Positions 9,171-24,275 are shown, counted from the first letter of the stretch. The stretch is DNA of 64,000 bases from Schizochytrium sp. TIO01 (GCA_004764695.1 SMSO01000031.1:2580436-2644435), one strand, 5' to 3'. Translations and numbers: made by a program. Notes: generated from the letters alone by a model not told the origin.

Positions 9171-12100
9171 AAGCCAAAGGATTAGCTTTGCTTCTGGAAC
9201 CAAATCTCAGGTGGAAAAAACTTGGAAGGTTGGCGTCGGTGTCAGTAGCAGAACGATGGCTCGTGTGTATTGCACTATGAGACTCGGCATTTTGCAAAGA
9301 ACCGAGCGTAGCCGTGGGGGCACTAACTATCTTTGCCGCCAATCGATGAGCTCCGCTTTAGCCTCTGAAAGCCCCCGCCTCAGGAGGATCTGAAAGTAGA
9401 CGAAATACCCCGACTATTAGCTCTGGAATGAACTTAGGGATGATGGAACGAGTGCCCATCATTATATCGTATAGAGCCTTTAGAAAATTATCGCTCGCCC
9501 TGCTGGAGAGAAATCGCTCGCGAGCCAAGAGAGGTTAGAGTCAGTCAAACTTACGACTAGCACAATAATACTGATACAAGTCACTCTATGCGTTACAGCG
9601 TAGGTAGGGGTAGTAATAGTAGTAGTACTAGTAGTACGAGACAGCTAAAAAGGTTGTGGAATCAAAGGAGATCTAGTCATAATCTCCAATGTAGGAGTTT
9701 GTTTGTTTATTGTTACAAAAATTATATACTAACATCATAACTTGAAGCAAATATTCCATCACGTTACCTATAGGTAGTGAAGAAGCGCCTCTTATTTGAT
9801 GGGCGGGAAATTGATGCTAAGCACTTTCGCAAGTCGAGTCTCCATTCGTACGTGCTGACCAGATAGTGCGGCTTCGGCGAATCGTTAAGAGTCTTACGAT
9901 GACCATGAAGTTCCCAGGAGCATCACGGCGACGGTCTGAGCAACCGCTGTTTCCAACAAATGGCTGCGCAATGAAGCTAGGGCTGCCTTCCTCTAAGAAG
10001 GGTTGGGTACAGGAGAGGTGGCCGTTTGACGGTTCTGCGCCACGCTGAGTATTCAGAAAAAGAAAATAAAATACATTTTTAAATGAAATTGTATTTTAAA
10101 CTGTAAAATGTAGCCTAATCTGTGAAACAGGACCTGTTGTTCCCTCTATTAACAAGATCGAAGAGACTGATTTGGCTAAACAAAGCCCCAGCTCATACCG
10201 CCAACGTGCAGAGAAAAAGAGGAATCCGATGTTTTGTTTCTGCATGCGGTTTTGGATCCTAGTTCGTTGCAAATCGCAAGAAGTCTGAAATGGATGCAAG
10301 TAAGTATAAAAAGTATTTATCCTACCTACAAAGGAAGCTAGACTTACAAGTGAATGCTCAAGGATTAATTAACATAGCCTCTCCAACAGAAAAGAAAAAC
10401 TCAGGTACTCCCCATCATCTTGATATCATTCAATGTCGCGGGGAGTTTTCGATCTCGAAGCGTTCGTGCCAAAACTCTATTGCCGTGAAGAAAGTTGATT
10501 ATTCAATCAGTGGCCGTTAATTTGAAATATTTCCGAAAGAGGAGGCACAGCCCGAAGAGGAATTTCATACATGTCTGTGCGAGTACACGGAGCCTAGTGG
10601 GAAATTGGGCACTTTATATATAAATCCAGTGTTAAAAGGAAATCCATGCTTAAGACTTATTAGATCCAGAACGGGGGGCAGGGTCATTCAGTTCGCGGTA
10701 CAGGCGTAATGGGGGACAACATAAAGTCCTGCTCATCGTCCCTCCTTCCCTCAAATTCTTAAGAGAGTTTGGCGAGTAGGTACTAGATTGGATTTTTTTG
10801 AAATGTTCATCTTGCAGAATAACCGAGCATCACCTTTCAGTACTACCTCCGCATTGCGAAAGGAGTTCTGACCATTAAGTTTTAAAATAAATAGAATAAA
10901 AAGTAAAAGTAAAATAAACAATTCTCAAGTCTTACCTCTTTCTATGATTTCTGCGCATTCCTGTTTTGTTTGTCGGTATTACAAAATAAAATCACCTATC
11001 ATCCAAATTAATATTTGGCGAAACATAATGCTGTGATTTCAATTTACCACCTTGCGGAAGAGAGCATATAATTCAATTGTAAATGAAAATAAAAAACAGG
11101 CAAACAAATAAGAAGGAAATGAATTTGCTACTTCGAATTTTTACTCAGTGTCCTCCCTACACACAGGGAAGCAGGTAATGCCAAAGCATGGTTTTATTCC
11201 GGTAAATACTTTATTCAAATCATCAGAACCTCGAAACTTGCATCGTCGAGCCTCTCTGCAAACAGAGCAGCCAAAATGGTTAAGGCAAGAAAGTTAAATT
11301 CGAGCTGCCCAAGATAAAACAACAAAATTGCAAGCAAAGAATATGTACAGGGAATTTGCAGAACAACCTCTTCGTAGAAACAAATGATTTAAGATAATAA
11401 CATTTGGACCTGAAGACTATGATAGCACAGAGTTAGAGGGATCCATGCGGTTGTCATTGCATGAATCAGATACACGATGTAACTCTGTTTTTCACTGGGA
11501 AACTCATTCCTGTGCATATAATGAAATTATTTGCTTTACCTTTTTTAGCAGTAGCATGACTACTATGCTAAAGTCGGCATGTAGAGAAGACAATAGATCA
11601 TACTTAAAAGAAAAGGTATATTCCGACAGGTTAAATGCAGAAGAAGGTGCGTATTTATGCAGAATGTGTCATTAGTTCTATACCCTTTAATGAGAAGAAT
11701 TGTTCAATTACATGCTAATTCGAAACGTAAGTGAAAGCGTTATTCGCTTAATGGTAGGTCGCCACTGCCAATCAACCTTTCTTGAGGTTAGTTGCACTCT
11801 ACGGAGGTAATCAAGGCTACAAAAAAGACTAATGCAATTTGCAATTTGTGTAGATGAAGTTGATGCGTTCATGTTCAATCGCATTTTATTCGCATCACAC
11901 CGAAAGAAAGTGCGTCAGCTCCGTTATAAACAGAACGCCAGGTTTCTAACTTCAGAAGCGGGTCATTTTTTAGAGTATAATAGTGTTTTTCTACTCTACA
12001 CTGTGGCTGCAATCGTTTAAATAAGCAGAGCACCCTTCTCTCGTTCCAGAGTAATGCGACCATGTCTTGATGGCCCAACTTCAATTTCCTGCTCCAAACC

Positions 12101-13406
12101 TCATGCTCCTCCTTTCCGGACTTGATGCGAGAAGAGAAGGACTCACGGGATGCTTCTTTCGCAGTTACCGTCTGGTTGAGAAGCCTGGCCATGTGGCCAA
12201 AAGAGTTCATCGTCATACAACGGCGGCGGGTTCGACAACTTCATAAGGTAAGAAACTCCAAGAAGTTCCAAAGGACAAGCATCTCGCCGGGCCGGACCGC
12301 GGCAAGCAGCGCTCTTACTGATTCGGTTATGTGCTCACTACCATCAATCATTAGCGCTATCTACTAATAATCCTTTGGGGACAAACCTCCTCCTTCTCCG
12401 CAAGACTACTATAAGCCTCTTATGCTTTTCCCCAGGGGTCTCAAGTCGGGGCCTAGTGGCAAGGCGGTCTCGGAATCTGTGTCCTCGATTTCCGAAGGTG
12501 TGATTGGTCGATAAAATTCAAAGTAGCCTGATACGGTATTGCAGATAACACTATAGCTAGTAGATTTTGTCTCGAGGAATTGACAATACTCCCATCACCT
12601 CGATACGATCCCACCGGTATCACAGCAATGTGTCGCAGAGAATTCAATTGGAGGGAGACTTGCTGTATTGTATTTCTTGGGAACAGACTGTTTCGACGCT
12701 ATGTTCCTATCTAGCTAGCTAGCTAGTGCCAAGGTAGAGGATAGATGGACAAACAGCAATAAAGGTGGCTTTCGCAACTAGTGCTTGAAGTTGTCCTCCA
12801 CTGTAACTACTGTGGCTAGACTTTTATGTTGGAAGGCATGCGCCTTTGTGTGGACAACACGGACGAGCAAGTTCTGGTAGGACTCTCAGGCAGCGTTGCT
12901 TGCACCGGCAAGCATCACAGGCTGAGACTGAGAGATGGTGCTGGGGGAGAAGGTATTTTAAAAATCTAATCAAGAATTAATCTAATCAAGTATTCCCGGT
13001 GTAAGGAGCTCATTCACTAGCATTGATTTGGGAAGCAGCAGCTGTCATTTTCTTTCTTTGTTGGACGATTTATTTTTATTTATTTATTTCTAAAATAAAC
13101 AGAAAAGGAAAGAAAGAAGTGAACGCAAATACAACATATTTTATAATACAGTATAGAGATACCCATCATTCGACATCAGCATGGACGACAATCCAAGAGA
13201 TTTTCCGTCTTTTAAACCTCAGTTTATTGTAGGTTATCTTTCAATTATGCTCATCAAGTCGACAAACACTCAGCAGCCAGCAATTCCTCACCCCATCATT
13301 CCATGACTCACTCACTCGCTCGCTGGCTGGCTGGCTGCTGCCAGATATTGCGCATGCATCCGAGCCTGCTACAGTTGGATCCATTCTTACAAGTTTTAGG
13401 TTGTTG

Positions 13407-13546
13407 TGATGCTGTTAGGAAGAACAGTGGTATCTGCTGTGACTGGCACGGCCAAAGAAGATGGAGATGAGCGCTGCCTTCGGAGCCACTCAAGATGCAT
13501 TCCTCGGAGCGTACAGCTGATCGTATGTGTCTTCCTAACAGCATCA
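13407..13546. repeat. Inverted repeat / fold-back element (17-bp perfect arms, imperfect inner extension)
   Basis: TGATGCTGTTAGGAAGA (13407-13423) is the exact reverse complement of TCTTCCTAACAGCATCA (13530-13546). Confidence 0.85.
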
Positions 13547-13559
13547 GAGACGATGGGCA

Positions 13560-16250
13560 TGATCATTTACTCAGGACTGTAAGGAACGATCACAGAGTAT
13601 GAAAACCGAAGAGGGAGATCATTTGGAAACAACGTCGAAAACAGGTCTACATCGAGTGTACGCTGGTGCTAATCTACTCCTGAAGTTGGGAGAATCAATC
13701 AAGTAGATCACATGATGGAAAACAAGTTCATACCAATTCTATGCTGGACATTGGATTATTCATTATCTCCTGGTACGTGGATAGTAGCAAAGTTGGGGAT
13801 GGAATGCATCCAGAGAAATATTGAAAGCAACATGACCATCCCAAACCAAGCTATAATAAAATAGTGACTGTGAGAACCAGTGACAATGGGAAAAAATAAC
13901 TTCAAGTGGACAAACATATTTAACATATCTTTTGGTAGTCTAAGTAAACTAAGACATCGTTGTTGTGGACACGTATTGATTTAATTACAGCGTTTCAAAT
14001 GTAAACCAATGCTACTCTGTGAAAATAATGATTAGAAAAGGGGGTGTCTAGAATATAAGAAAAGTTCTCATGGTAGGGTAGGTGTTTATTTTTTTGGTTT
14101 GGACTGAGAGAGAAGTATCAAAATATGCTTATGCCAAATTTTGTCACCAATTTGACTTTGCAGAACCAAAATGACACTATGTGAGGTAGAGCAGATTAAA
14201 GCTGTTTCCGATGAAGAAAGATATTGTGATGCTGTTGATTTGTTGATAGTATCAGAATATCATCTTTAAAATTCCAGATAATTAAGGTTTGAAAATAACT
14301 CCTTTTACTTTTTTCCAGGGCATGCGGAACACCAGCATCAGCCCGATGAATATTCTACAGCAACTCTAAGTATTGCTTGGTTTATATCACCTAGGCGAAA
14401 GGACGCCAAGTTTGGGCAAATGTTTTCGCAGCTACAGCAACTTGCGCCAAAAGATGATATTAAGTGGAGTATCTTCATCAAGCTTCATTAAAAAGATGAG
14501 CTGAGCAAAACAATTGCAATTGTCATTTTGAATAATAAATTTAACTTGATCAGACTTTGAGATTTCATAAGTTTGGAACATGTTAGCCACCACTCCTTCG
14601 ATGTCTGTTGAATTTGTAATGAGTAAGATGAATATTTGAGGATCTAGATGAAGAGTCCATTCAAAAAAACAGGACAAACACATGAGGTGAGTTCATTGCC
14701 ATGGAGAACCTTATTACAAACCTGTAGAGTTCTGCGATGGTTGCTAAAAATTAATATGTGTTTAAACCCTGCGGTTTCCAAGTCCAAGTCATGTATTATA
14801 TAGTAAAGGAGTGTTGTGTTATTAAAAGGTTGTGTCTGAAATTGTTGTGAAAATGATACATTTTGTTCTTCTAAAGCTACAGCTACCTTAGCTCGTTCCT
14901 TGGGTTTCAAGGTGCATGTATTCAGTGAGTTGGTTTTCAATTATGAATGCATGTTCATGATTGTATCATATTTTCTTCACATCAGCTTTGAACACAAGGA
15001 AGTGAAACCTCAAGATTTAGGCTCTTTTGAGAATCATGTCTTATCTAAAGACTATATAGTAAATAGGAACAGCGCAAGAAAGAAGTAGATCTCAAGAAAG
15101 TTAAAATCAAATAGGTCCTGCTCAGTTGTTGCCCTGACTGGCTGAGTAGTTGTTCTCAACCTCGATTATGTTGACGTACAGCGACTTGCTTATCGCTAAC
15201 CTAGTAGGATTAATGGTAGAAAGATCTCTCACGCTCTTTGTAGTTGGTTCATCATGGCTTAAAAGTTGAAAGAAAACGGTGGAAGTGGTTGCTTCTGTGC
15301 TAGATGTGAAAAATATTTCGCCTTGGAAGTCAAATGAGGCTGCTTATCAATGAAATCGCTGATTTGCAAACAAAAGATTACCATAGTAGTAAGATTACCA
15401 TAAAACCTTTATAACTTTTAAAAGTTATTTTTTAAAAAGGTTTAGGAAAAGGTTAAAAAAAACAGTCTTAAGTTCAAGATGAATTGCAAAGCAGCGGGAA
15501 AAAAAGGAGAGAGAGGAAAAAGAAAAGAAAAGAGGATGTTTCACAACTTCCAGGTTATTCCAACAACTGCTATTGAAAAAAGAGTAGATGGAAGTAGAAA
15601 AAAATCTAATGGAAGAAAAAGAGAGAAGGTTAGTTTTGCATAAGCACCGCGAGAAAGAAGCATCACAAGTTTTGCCTTCAGGAAGTAGCAGTGCATTCCA
15701 ACTCAACTCCAAAAGCTCCCAAAGTCCTTCATCCGGTCAAGAAGGGGGCAATACTGGTCTTTACTAGGAGTAAGGCTTGATTGAGGCCACCTGCTCCCTC
15801 CTCTCATGCCAGCCATGGATAGCTGTTATACCTTAAACAGCCCCACTCACTATGCGTTGCAAGTCACGCCAAAGACGACGATCAAAATAGAAAGACGGCC
15901 TTTTATGAAAAAAAAAAAATCTCTCAAAAGAGTAAAAAACGCCATCATCAGCTATTGGTTATATAAGTCAGCACTAGTATGGAAAGCAAAGAGGGAGTTA
16001 AATGAGCTGGTAGCGCGACTACCTGGCATAGTACTGCGAGTGTTGGGAAGAGAAAGCGCTCAACGCCATTGCCAGGAGTCGTAGAGAAGCGCAAAAGGGG
16101 CAATTATACAGCATGATGCAAACGAAAAAACTACGATCGCGGAAGCAGAGTTTTGTTTATGAGATTATCTACAGCGTCTACATACCAGTCTCCTATTGCG
16201 CGCTGCTAGAGTCCGTTCCAGATAGGTCCGCGATGCTTCCGATACTCGGT
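13560..16250 (+). pseudogene. Possible decayed coding remnant, unidentified origin
   Basis: Microsatellite-poor tract whose + frames read as protein-like runs broken by isolated stops. Acceptor-like TTTTACTTTTTTCCAG at 14318 and donor GTGAGT at 14687. No family recognised. Confidence 0.2.
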
Positions 16251-19200
16251 AAACGCTGAACTTTCGTTTTAGCGCGATCCTGGCCAGAGCTAGCAATGGG
16301 TGTTCTATAGTAAACACTAAATATTAGGGTACTAGAAAGAACCAAATTAAAAGAAGGAAAGCAGAGAAGGGCTTGTTGAGTAGTAGATTCAAGTCAGTGC
16401 AAAGCTATCAGTTAAGGCTGGGACGGCATAGAAGCAATTTGTGGTGAATCTTCATACAACGTCTCCCTCCACTCATGGTCCCGGGACGCCATGCGTTCTG
16501 ACGTTCTGACCTCTAATATTATGTTGTGTATTGATGTGCGAAAACTATAAAGTAGATTTGTCCAACACATTTTTCAATGACCATCTGTAAAATGAGAGGA
16601 ACAAAAGTTGCTTTATAGTGACCTATTTTACGGCTTCCCTATTTCGCCTTTTTCCGCTTATTCCCTTAAAGACTTCCCACTCAGGACAACTTCAGCATTA
16701 CTCTTTCCTTCGACTCAAAACTTCTACATATCCCATTTCTTCCAATTTCATTCAATGAAGAATAAAGTTACATAGGTTATTTTAAAACTTCGCAAAGTGC
16801 TTGGTGTTCTTTCCAGAAGAACACAGCAATATTTAAAAAACGACTTTAAAAAAATAATAATATATATATGTTAGAAAACTTTTATTTATGTAAACATATT
16901 TTGAAAGAAGCATTAAAAAGTATTCTCATTTAAGTTAAAAGGGAAAGTATAATAATAATTTGTCTTCGAGGATTGTGGAACAGAACAGGAGATGTTTAAA
17001 CATTAAAAAAGAAAAGAAAAGAGGAATCGTTTTACGAGTGTTTGTTTTAAAACGAGAAAAGAACGCTCAACCTTATCTCGAGAATTATTCTTCCTCCTCT
17101 CATTCACAGACGCGTTAGTCCTGGACTAATAAGTATCTCTGCCCATAAGGATGCTTTTCTCTCCAATATATATTAATTGTGTTGATCACACCACTCGATC
17201 GGCCCGGAAGTCTAGACGGAAAGGAAGGTCTTATTCTTATGATATTGGCGGCTAATATTATAAAAAAGGTAGATTGAAAAAGTTGTGTCGCTCCCTTTTT
17301 AATTGTTTGCGAGATTTCCCTTGGACCGGCACCGTCCTGTCTATAGGGGTGTTTAGTCACTCTTAGGTACTACCTTTCAAGTCCGTCTGTTCAACCCCGT
17401 TGAACAATTCCACCCCGCGGCACCTGAATCATCCACGCTAAAGGTCGTTCTCTCGCAGACCTTGCTGCTTAGTTAGCTCGCAGAGGCAAGTTAAGGCAGT
17501 CTGCTTTGGCCGGGCTGGTGTTTGTGAGTGGCATTCTCCTTCGCAAAGAGAGTCTGGTGACTACTATAGAAACCACAAGCTGCTTTTTGACAGAGCGAAT
17601 TTCCTGCGCACGCACAAGTTTTCTCTTTCTCTTTTCAAGTTTAGATTTTTAAATTAAACCGAAATAATCAAGAGATCAACCTTTCTGTCCTAATTAGCCC
17701 CCTCTATACTCACGTTTCCAGTTTAACACTCAGTTTAACCCCTACGTAGTAGAGGCGCCCAGAACCTTCTTTGCTGTCGCCTGTTTTCGGGGCTTGTTGG
17801 CGACTAGCTGTGCATGTGCATAGAGTAGTGGGTAATTCTTTTAATTCAGCCGCTGTGTTTCTATGTTATTTCTATCTATGTATTTATTTATTTATTTATT
17901 TATTTATTTATTTGTTTGTTTGTTTGTTTTGTTTACGAAAATCAACTGTTTCTTACCTTTACTCGCTCTTGTTTACTGCTAGCTTGTGAGGAAAGACAGG
18001 CCGTTTATGCTTGTGTCAGTAGTGCGATTCCTACCCACCTGCCTATTACGGTCCCTTGTCAGGAGGCTCCGCGAAAGGGACCTGTGGGTTAACCAGCAAA
18101 AGAAGGCCGTTTTTCAAAAGGCAAGTTAATTGTGATCTGTTTTGGATTATTAAAGTCATGACAAAGTGCATTAATGTCGTTGTCGGGGTACAATGGCATA
18201 CACTTCAGCTATCCTTTCTGACTCGCATCCAGGACTAAGACAGCTGGTCTATAAATCTTACATCTTATGTAAAAACTTATATTGTTCATTCGTTCATTCT
18301 TAAACAATCTATGCTCTTAGAAGGACCTGTTCAAACTCGCGTTTGGGGCGTTTGCGCGGAGTATCGTTGCGTTAAGGTTGATAGTTCTTTTCTCCAATTT
18401 CTCAACCTTTCAGCATTTAAGCCTTACGGGTTTTCTAGAGGCTCTAGGAGGGTTCCTGATATACTAGGTGTTGGTGTCTGATGCACTCCACAGCAAGAGC
18501 AGCAGCACTACCACTAACTGCAACAGCTTGATGCTTTCTGGAAATGTTGACTATGTTTATTCAACTTAAAACATAGATCTCAGTGTCTCAACGCTTGGCA
18601 CCCACAATCTCTCGATAACAATATCATCAACAACAAGATAAACTAACGAGCATGTTCGTCTACAAGGATCCTCCTGCTCTTATAAATTAACATCAGGTGC
18701 AGGAAGTCAACTTCAAACAAGAAAAGATCCCATGAGAGAAAGTTTTTCGTGGTGTTGATTCAATTGCGCTCTCCCTTTCAAGGTTTCCTCACATGTAGCT
18801 TTGTTTGCCGCACGAAGTTTAATTGTAGCTAAGGAATCTATCTGTTTCGAGGTATACTTCCGTGTAAAGATCCAATTTAACAAGGAAACAGGCAAACAAG
18901 CAAGCACGACAATAAGCGCGCCAATAAGCCATGGATAGGTAGGTACCACGTGTATGAGCATCCACTTTTCTGCACGCATTTTGGTTTGTTTGGGGAGCTA
19001 AAGCTGGGGCATTCTCAGAAGCGGGTAGAAAAAGAAGATCTCGAGCTAGCTGCGTCGTTGAATGTTGCGCATTTGAGACTTTCGGCCAGTTCAGCTCGGG
19101 TGCAAGAGAGGCAACCAAAACAGGCAGCGAACGAGAACCGAAAAGAATCACGGATGCACTTGGTTTTGGCGTGGCTCTGTTTATTCCTGTCTAACCGCCC

Positions 19201-21424
19201 TTCCGTTCGTTCGTTGTTTGTTGGCTTGACTGATTCTTTTATTTACATGATATCTTCACAAAGTCGGGAGTGCATAGCAAACAGACATTGAGCGCGCGCC
19301 AGAAACAACGCGGGCATGTGCTGGTGAGTTAAATGGTAAGAAAAAACAGCCCAATGTAGAAACAAGCTAGCGAGGTAAGTTGGTCAGTTTGCAAGACAGC
19401 CATCCATCCATCTATCCATCCATCCGCTTGCCGGCGAGGGTGTCGAGGAAGATCTTCTCCAGCGGCGAGGGGTTATTTCGAAAACAACAGATGCGTATCC
19501 AGGTCCAACGAAGAGTTCAACCTCGCTTTCTTCTTCATTTTCAACTCGAGCGAGACCTTGATGCGTGTCACCGGGAAGGGAACAAGTCGCTTGCAGAGGG
19601 AGTGAGTGCCAGTAACTTTTAAAAACGCGAACCACCAACATCCCAATGGCAAGCATTTGAGCGGGGGCACGGAGCCATTGCATGCTGGGATAAGCAAAGT
19701 CTCCCCACACCCATGTTTACTCCCGTGCCCAAGAAGTGAGTGGGTACCTACCTACCTACCTACCTACCTACCTGCCTGCCTGCCTATATTTAACGCCCAT
19801 CTTCGTTCACTGGCTGGCTGTCTGGCGGCCGCGGTTAACCAGTTGGTTAGGCTAGTTGTCCATTTCGCTCCTTGAGAACTTTTCACAGACAGGCTGTCGT
19901 GCCGCAAGGTGGACAAGGCACGGCAAAAGTCGCGGAATTCATCGATGGTCGGTCACCTGAGCTTGAGAACACTAGTGGTTTAGCCTATGTTTGAAACGAA
20001 ATAGTCATAGGTTTATTTTATTAAAAGAAAAACAAACTCGTTGCTGATGCCTGTCCGTACGAGAGGAGCGAAACCTTGCGCAAAATCCAACCCAAACCAA
20101 ACCAAAAGAAAACAAGAACGAAAACAAAAACAGTAATCCCAAGGGACTCGAAAGTGACGAGTACCTCAACCGAGGAGGAGGACCGTGAGTGCGTCACAGA
20201 CTAAATGGAACAACCCATCAGCTACGTTCTGCTTGCTCTCATGGCCGCCCTGCACATATTCCCGCACCTCACTGCTTCAAAAAGCCGACCTCGTGTGTGA
20301 AGGAGGAGCAGCAAAGAATACGAGAAAAGAGCATCGAACTTGATCCCTACTTTCCAATCTCATTCCTTTATTCTTTCAAAAGAAAGAATGAAGGAAAACG
20401 CCCTCCGTGCTCTCTGTCTGTGTAGCTGTGTAGGGTGCGAGAAGCCTTCCTTTCCGAACCCTCCTCCACTTTCATCCGTGAGTCGGGAAGCCGCCAGCCA
20501 GTTCGTTCTCTGCAAGATGCGAATAAGGCGGACTCTCTCTCTATCTCTCTCTCTATATATAATACACCGCCACACTGGGAAGGCTTAGCAGGCTCTTGCA
20601 CCATATGTATTACGCACTAGCAGAAGGCCTTGAAGAAGGAGAACTTCATCTCGAAAGTTTGCTGTTGCTAGGAAGTATACGCGGTTTCAGACTCAGTGGT
20701 TGAAGAAAGATACGAGCTTAGCACTCGGCTGAGTTGCACGACAAAAAGCTTTTCTTCATAATAACACTCCTTGGTAGAAAGGTAGCCAAGCAGTGGATTG
20801 TAAATTAATACCTCTTATATATATAGTTAAAATAAAAATACACCGATGGAATAAGGGATACCTCATATGAAAGAATAAGTTAAGCTGGGAAAGAAACAGG
20901 GAGGGCCTGCTTTCATTAATTTTCAAAAGGTATTTTCAAAAGGCAGAAGAAATCAATACATGGTACGACCTCGCCTTTGGAACTAAAAGGCAGAACTTTG
21001 GAAGATCGTGATGAAATTGCACGCAGCGACCGCTGAGTTTCCTCCGTTTCTACTTTTACGTCAGCACATGACATGTTTCGCGTTTACCAACCATCTTTTT
21101 AAATTATTATAAACAAATAAACAAACCCCTAAAACAGCATCCGAAAAATACAAATATGGTATGATCGTACTCTGTCTTCTCACTCCCTCCTGAATAGAAT
21201 ACTGGAGGGCACTTAGTGCTTCCTATAGTTCCCGTAGCACCATCCGTGGATTGAATCTTCTGCCCCAACACTTGTAAGCAGTCCCGTCCTCCCTCCCTCC
21301 TTTCCTAAGTGCGTAAGCTAAGCTATATTGTGGTGCTGTTCGTTTCCTCACAAGTTGAAGAACCCGAAAAGGCCAAGCAAGCGCAGCCTTCTTCTCCTTC
21401 GCTGCTGCATTCTTGCGCCATGCT

Positions 21425-21488
21425 GCACAGCACAGCACAGCACAGCACTGCACAGCTCAGCTCAGCTCAGCTCAGCTCAGCACAGCAC
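21425..21488. repeat. Compound pentanucleotide microsatellite (CACAG)n(CTCAG)n
   Basis: Read directly from sequence. Confidence 0.9.
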
Positions 21489-21623
21489 ACATTTCTCGGC
21501 CGCCGTTTCTGCAAACTCGATCGCTTCGTGAGCGGATCAGCTCATCTGTCGGCATGGATCTCGAATGCCACAAAGCTGCGCATGGGTGGACAGCGTGCGG
21601 CCTCAACGTTATGCCCCCACTGA

Positions 21624-21692
21624 GTAAGAACAAACAAAGAAAGAAAGTAAGAACAAACAAAGAAAGAAAGTAAGAAAAAACAAAGAAAGAAA
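21624..21692. repeat. 23-bp minisatellite GTAAGAACAAACAAAGAAAGAAA x3
   Basis: Units at 21624, 21647 and 21670 (third has one substitution); partial fourth near 21700. Confidence 0.9.
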
Positions 21693-22577
21693 AAAGAAAG
21701 TAAGAAAAAAGAAAAAGGAGCAGTGAGAGAGAAAACCTGCCTAAGACTTGCCTACCCTCTCCCTATCCTGCTTCAGAGAGGTTTAGGCGACGCAGCACGA
21801 TTATAAATCGAGACCCGAGTGAACCTTGGGAGGGAGTGTCTTGTCTTGGTGGCCTCAGTTTCTTGCTTTCTTTTCTCGCTCTTGCTCCTCGCCGGTCCGG
21901 CCTCTGGCTCTGGCGCAGGCTGCGCGACGCAGCCGAGGAGTGCCCGGTTCAAGCAGGGGCGTCCAAGCGCGGGGCGATCCTCTTCTTCGAGAGGGATCGC
22001 GGAATTAGGGAACTTCTGTTCTTCGCGTTGTTGTTAAATTTCTGGCCCCGTGAGGTGAACGATGAATGCACTTTGGCACTTCTTTGTGACACTATGCACA
22101 GGAGAGCGTACCTCACATCCTCAGGGATTACCAGCGAAAGCACCTTCTCCCTGTTGTTTCCCCTTTTCGTTATGACGGTCGTGATTATCCATGAGTTAGT
22201 AGTTATTTCGCAAATCCCGACCCGTTCTCACGGCAGTCAGTTTCCTCCGTCGGCGCGCGCCCTAACTCAGACAGAGCGTCGCTTCAACTTGTCTTCTTCT
22301 TGCTTGAAGTCGCCGATCGATCGATCGATGGGTCATCTTGCTTGCAGGGGCAATCTCCTCCTGTTCCGTTTCTTTCTCTGCATGCATGTCTTATTCTTCG
22401 GTCTGCTTCTTCGTCTCGTGCAGCCAATCAATCGACCATCCGTCAGCCATACAAATCACCACGCCACTCACCCACTCACTGTCACTCTGTCACCCTGTCA
22501 CCCACTCACTCTCTCTCTCCCTCTCTCTCATTCACTTGGTCAGTCAGCGAGTCAATCTATCAGTTAGTCGCGGACTC

Positions 22578-22675
22578 TCTCACTCCCTCACGCCCTCACT
22601 CATTCACTCACTCAGCCACTCACTCACTCACTCACTCACTCACTCACTCAGCCACTCACTCAGCCAGCCAGCCAG
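22578..22675. repeat. Imperfect (CACT)n / (CAGC)n microsatellite
   Basis: Read directly from sequence. Confidence 0.9.
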
Positions 22676-22986
22676 CAGCCGGTCGTTTGGTCGGTCAGTC
22701 AGCTTGGATTGGATTGCACATCATCAGCGCCTCTGAAAGCGCCTTCGATTCAAGAAGTCGCTGTCTGTAGAAACAGATGGGAGATACATGAGCGTATGCG
22801 TAAACACACAACAGAATTGAAAATAAATAACTTGCCAATCTTCACTTTGGCACAATTGATTGACTGACTGCCCAATCGAGAACACTTGAACCAGTAAGTT
22901 GTTGAGCCTTTGATGAAAAACTTGGCGATGTCGGATAAGTCAGTTCGTTTGTTTTGATTGAGTGAGTTGCTAGCTAATGGCCAGCT

Positions 22987-23117
22987 AGTCAGTCAATCTG
23001 TCAATCTGTCAATCTGTTGGTCTGTCTGTCTATCCATCTATCTGTTTATCTATCTATCTGTCTGTCTGACTGACTGACTGACTGACTGCCTGACTGACTG
23101 ACTGTCTGTCTGACTGT
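22987..23117. repeat. Compound tetranucleotide microsatellite (TCTG/TATC/CTGA)
   Basis: Read directly from sequence. Confidence 0.85.
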
Positions 23118-23590
23118 CTAACTGTGCGAAGATAGAGAGACAGACAGCCTGTTCTGAGGCTGTTTCCTCCAAAACACCCGGAATTCGTTCAGGCCGAACC
23201 AGGGAGGCGCGAACTCGCCACAAGATCTGTCCATCATTAACGAAAGGAGCCTCTTTGCAGACGGCCTCTTTGCCCTGTTAAATAGTTTGTGAGCCATCAT
23301 CTTAAAAAGGAAAGAAAGAAGAAGTAATGTGGAATACCTCGCACTGTTCTGTTCTTTCACTCATACTTCCCTCGATATAAAAATTTGCCCGAAGTATTTT
23401 AAAACAACTATGTATTTTAAAAAAATACAAACAAATCTTCAGAATGGGATGCCATAAAAGAAATTATATATTTCTCTTGAAAAAGAACGAGCACGAGAAC
23501 AAAAGATCAAGCGCACCTCGTTCCTTCAAAAAAGAAAATAAAGAAAAAAAAATATTATTTTAATAAATAAATGACAAAGGGGAAAACAAG

Positions 23591-24275
<685 letters not shown>

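Noticed and set aside
21836-22770. 243-aa and overlapping + strand ORFs
   Set aside because: Non-ATG starts, low complexity, run into (CACT)n, no codon bias or homology.
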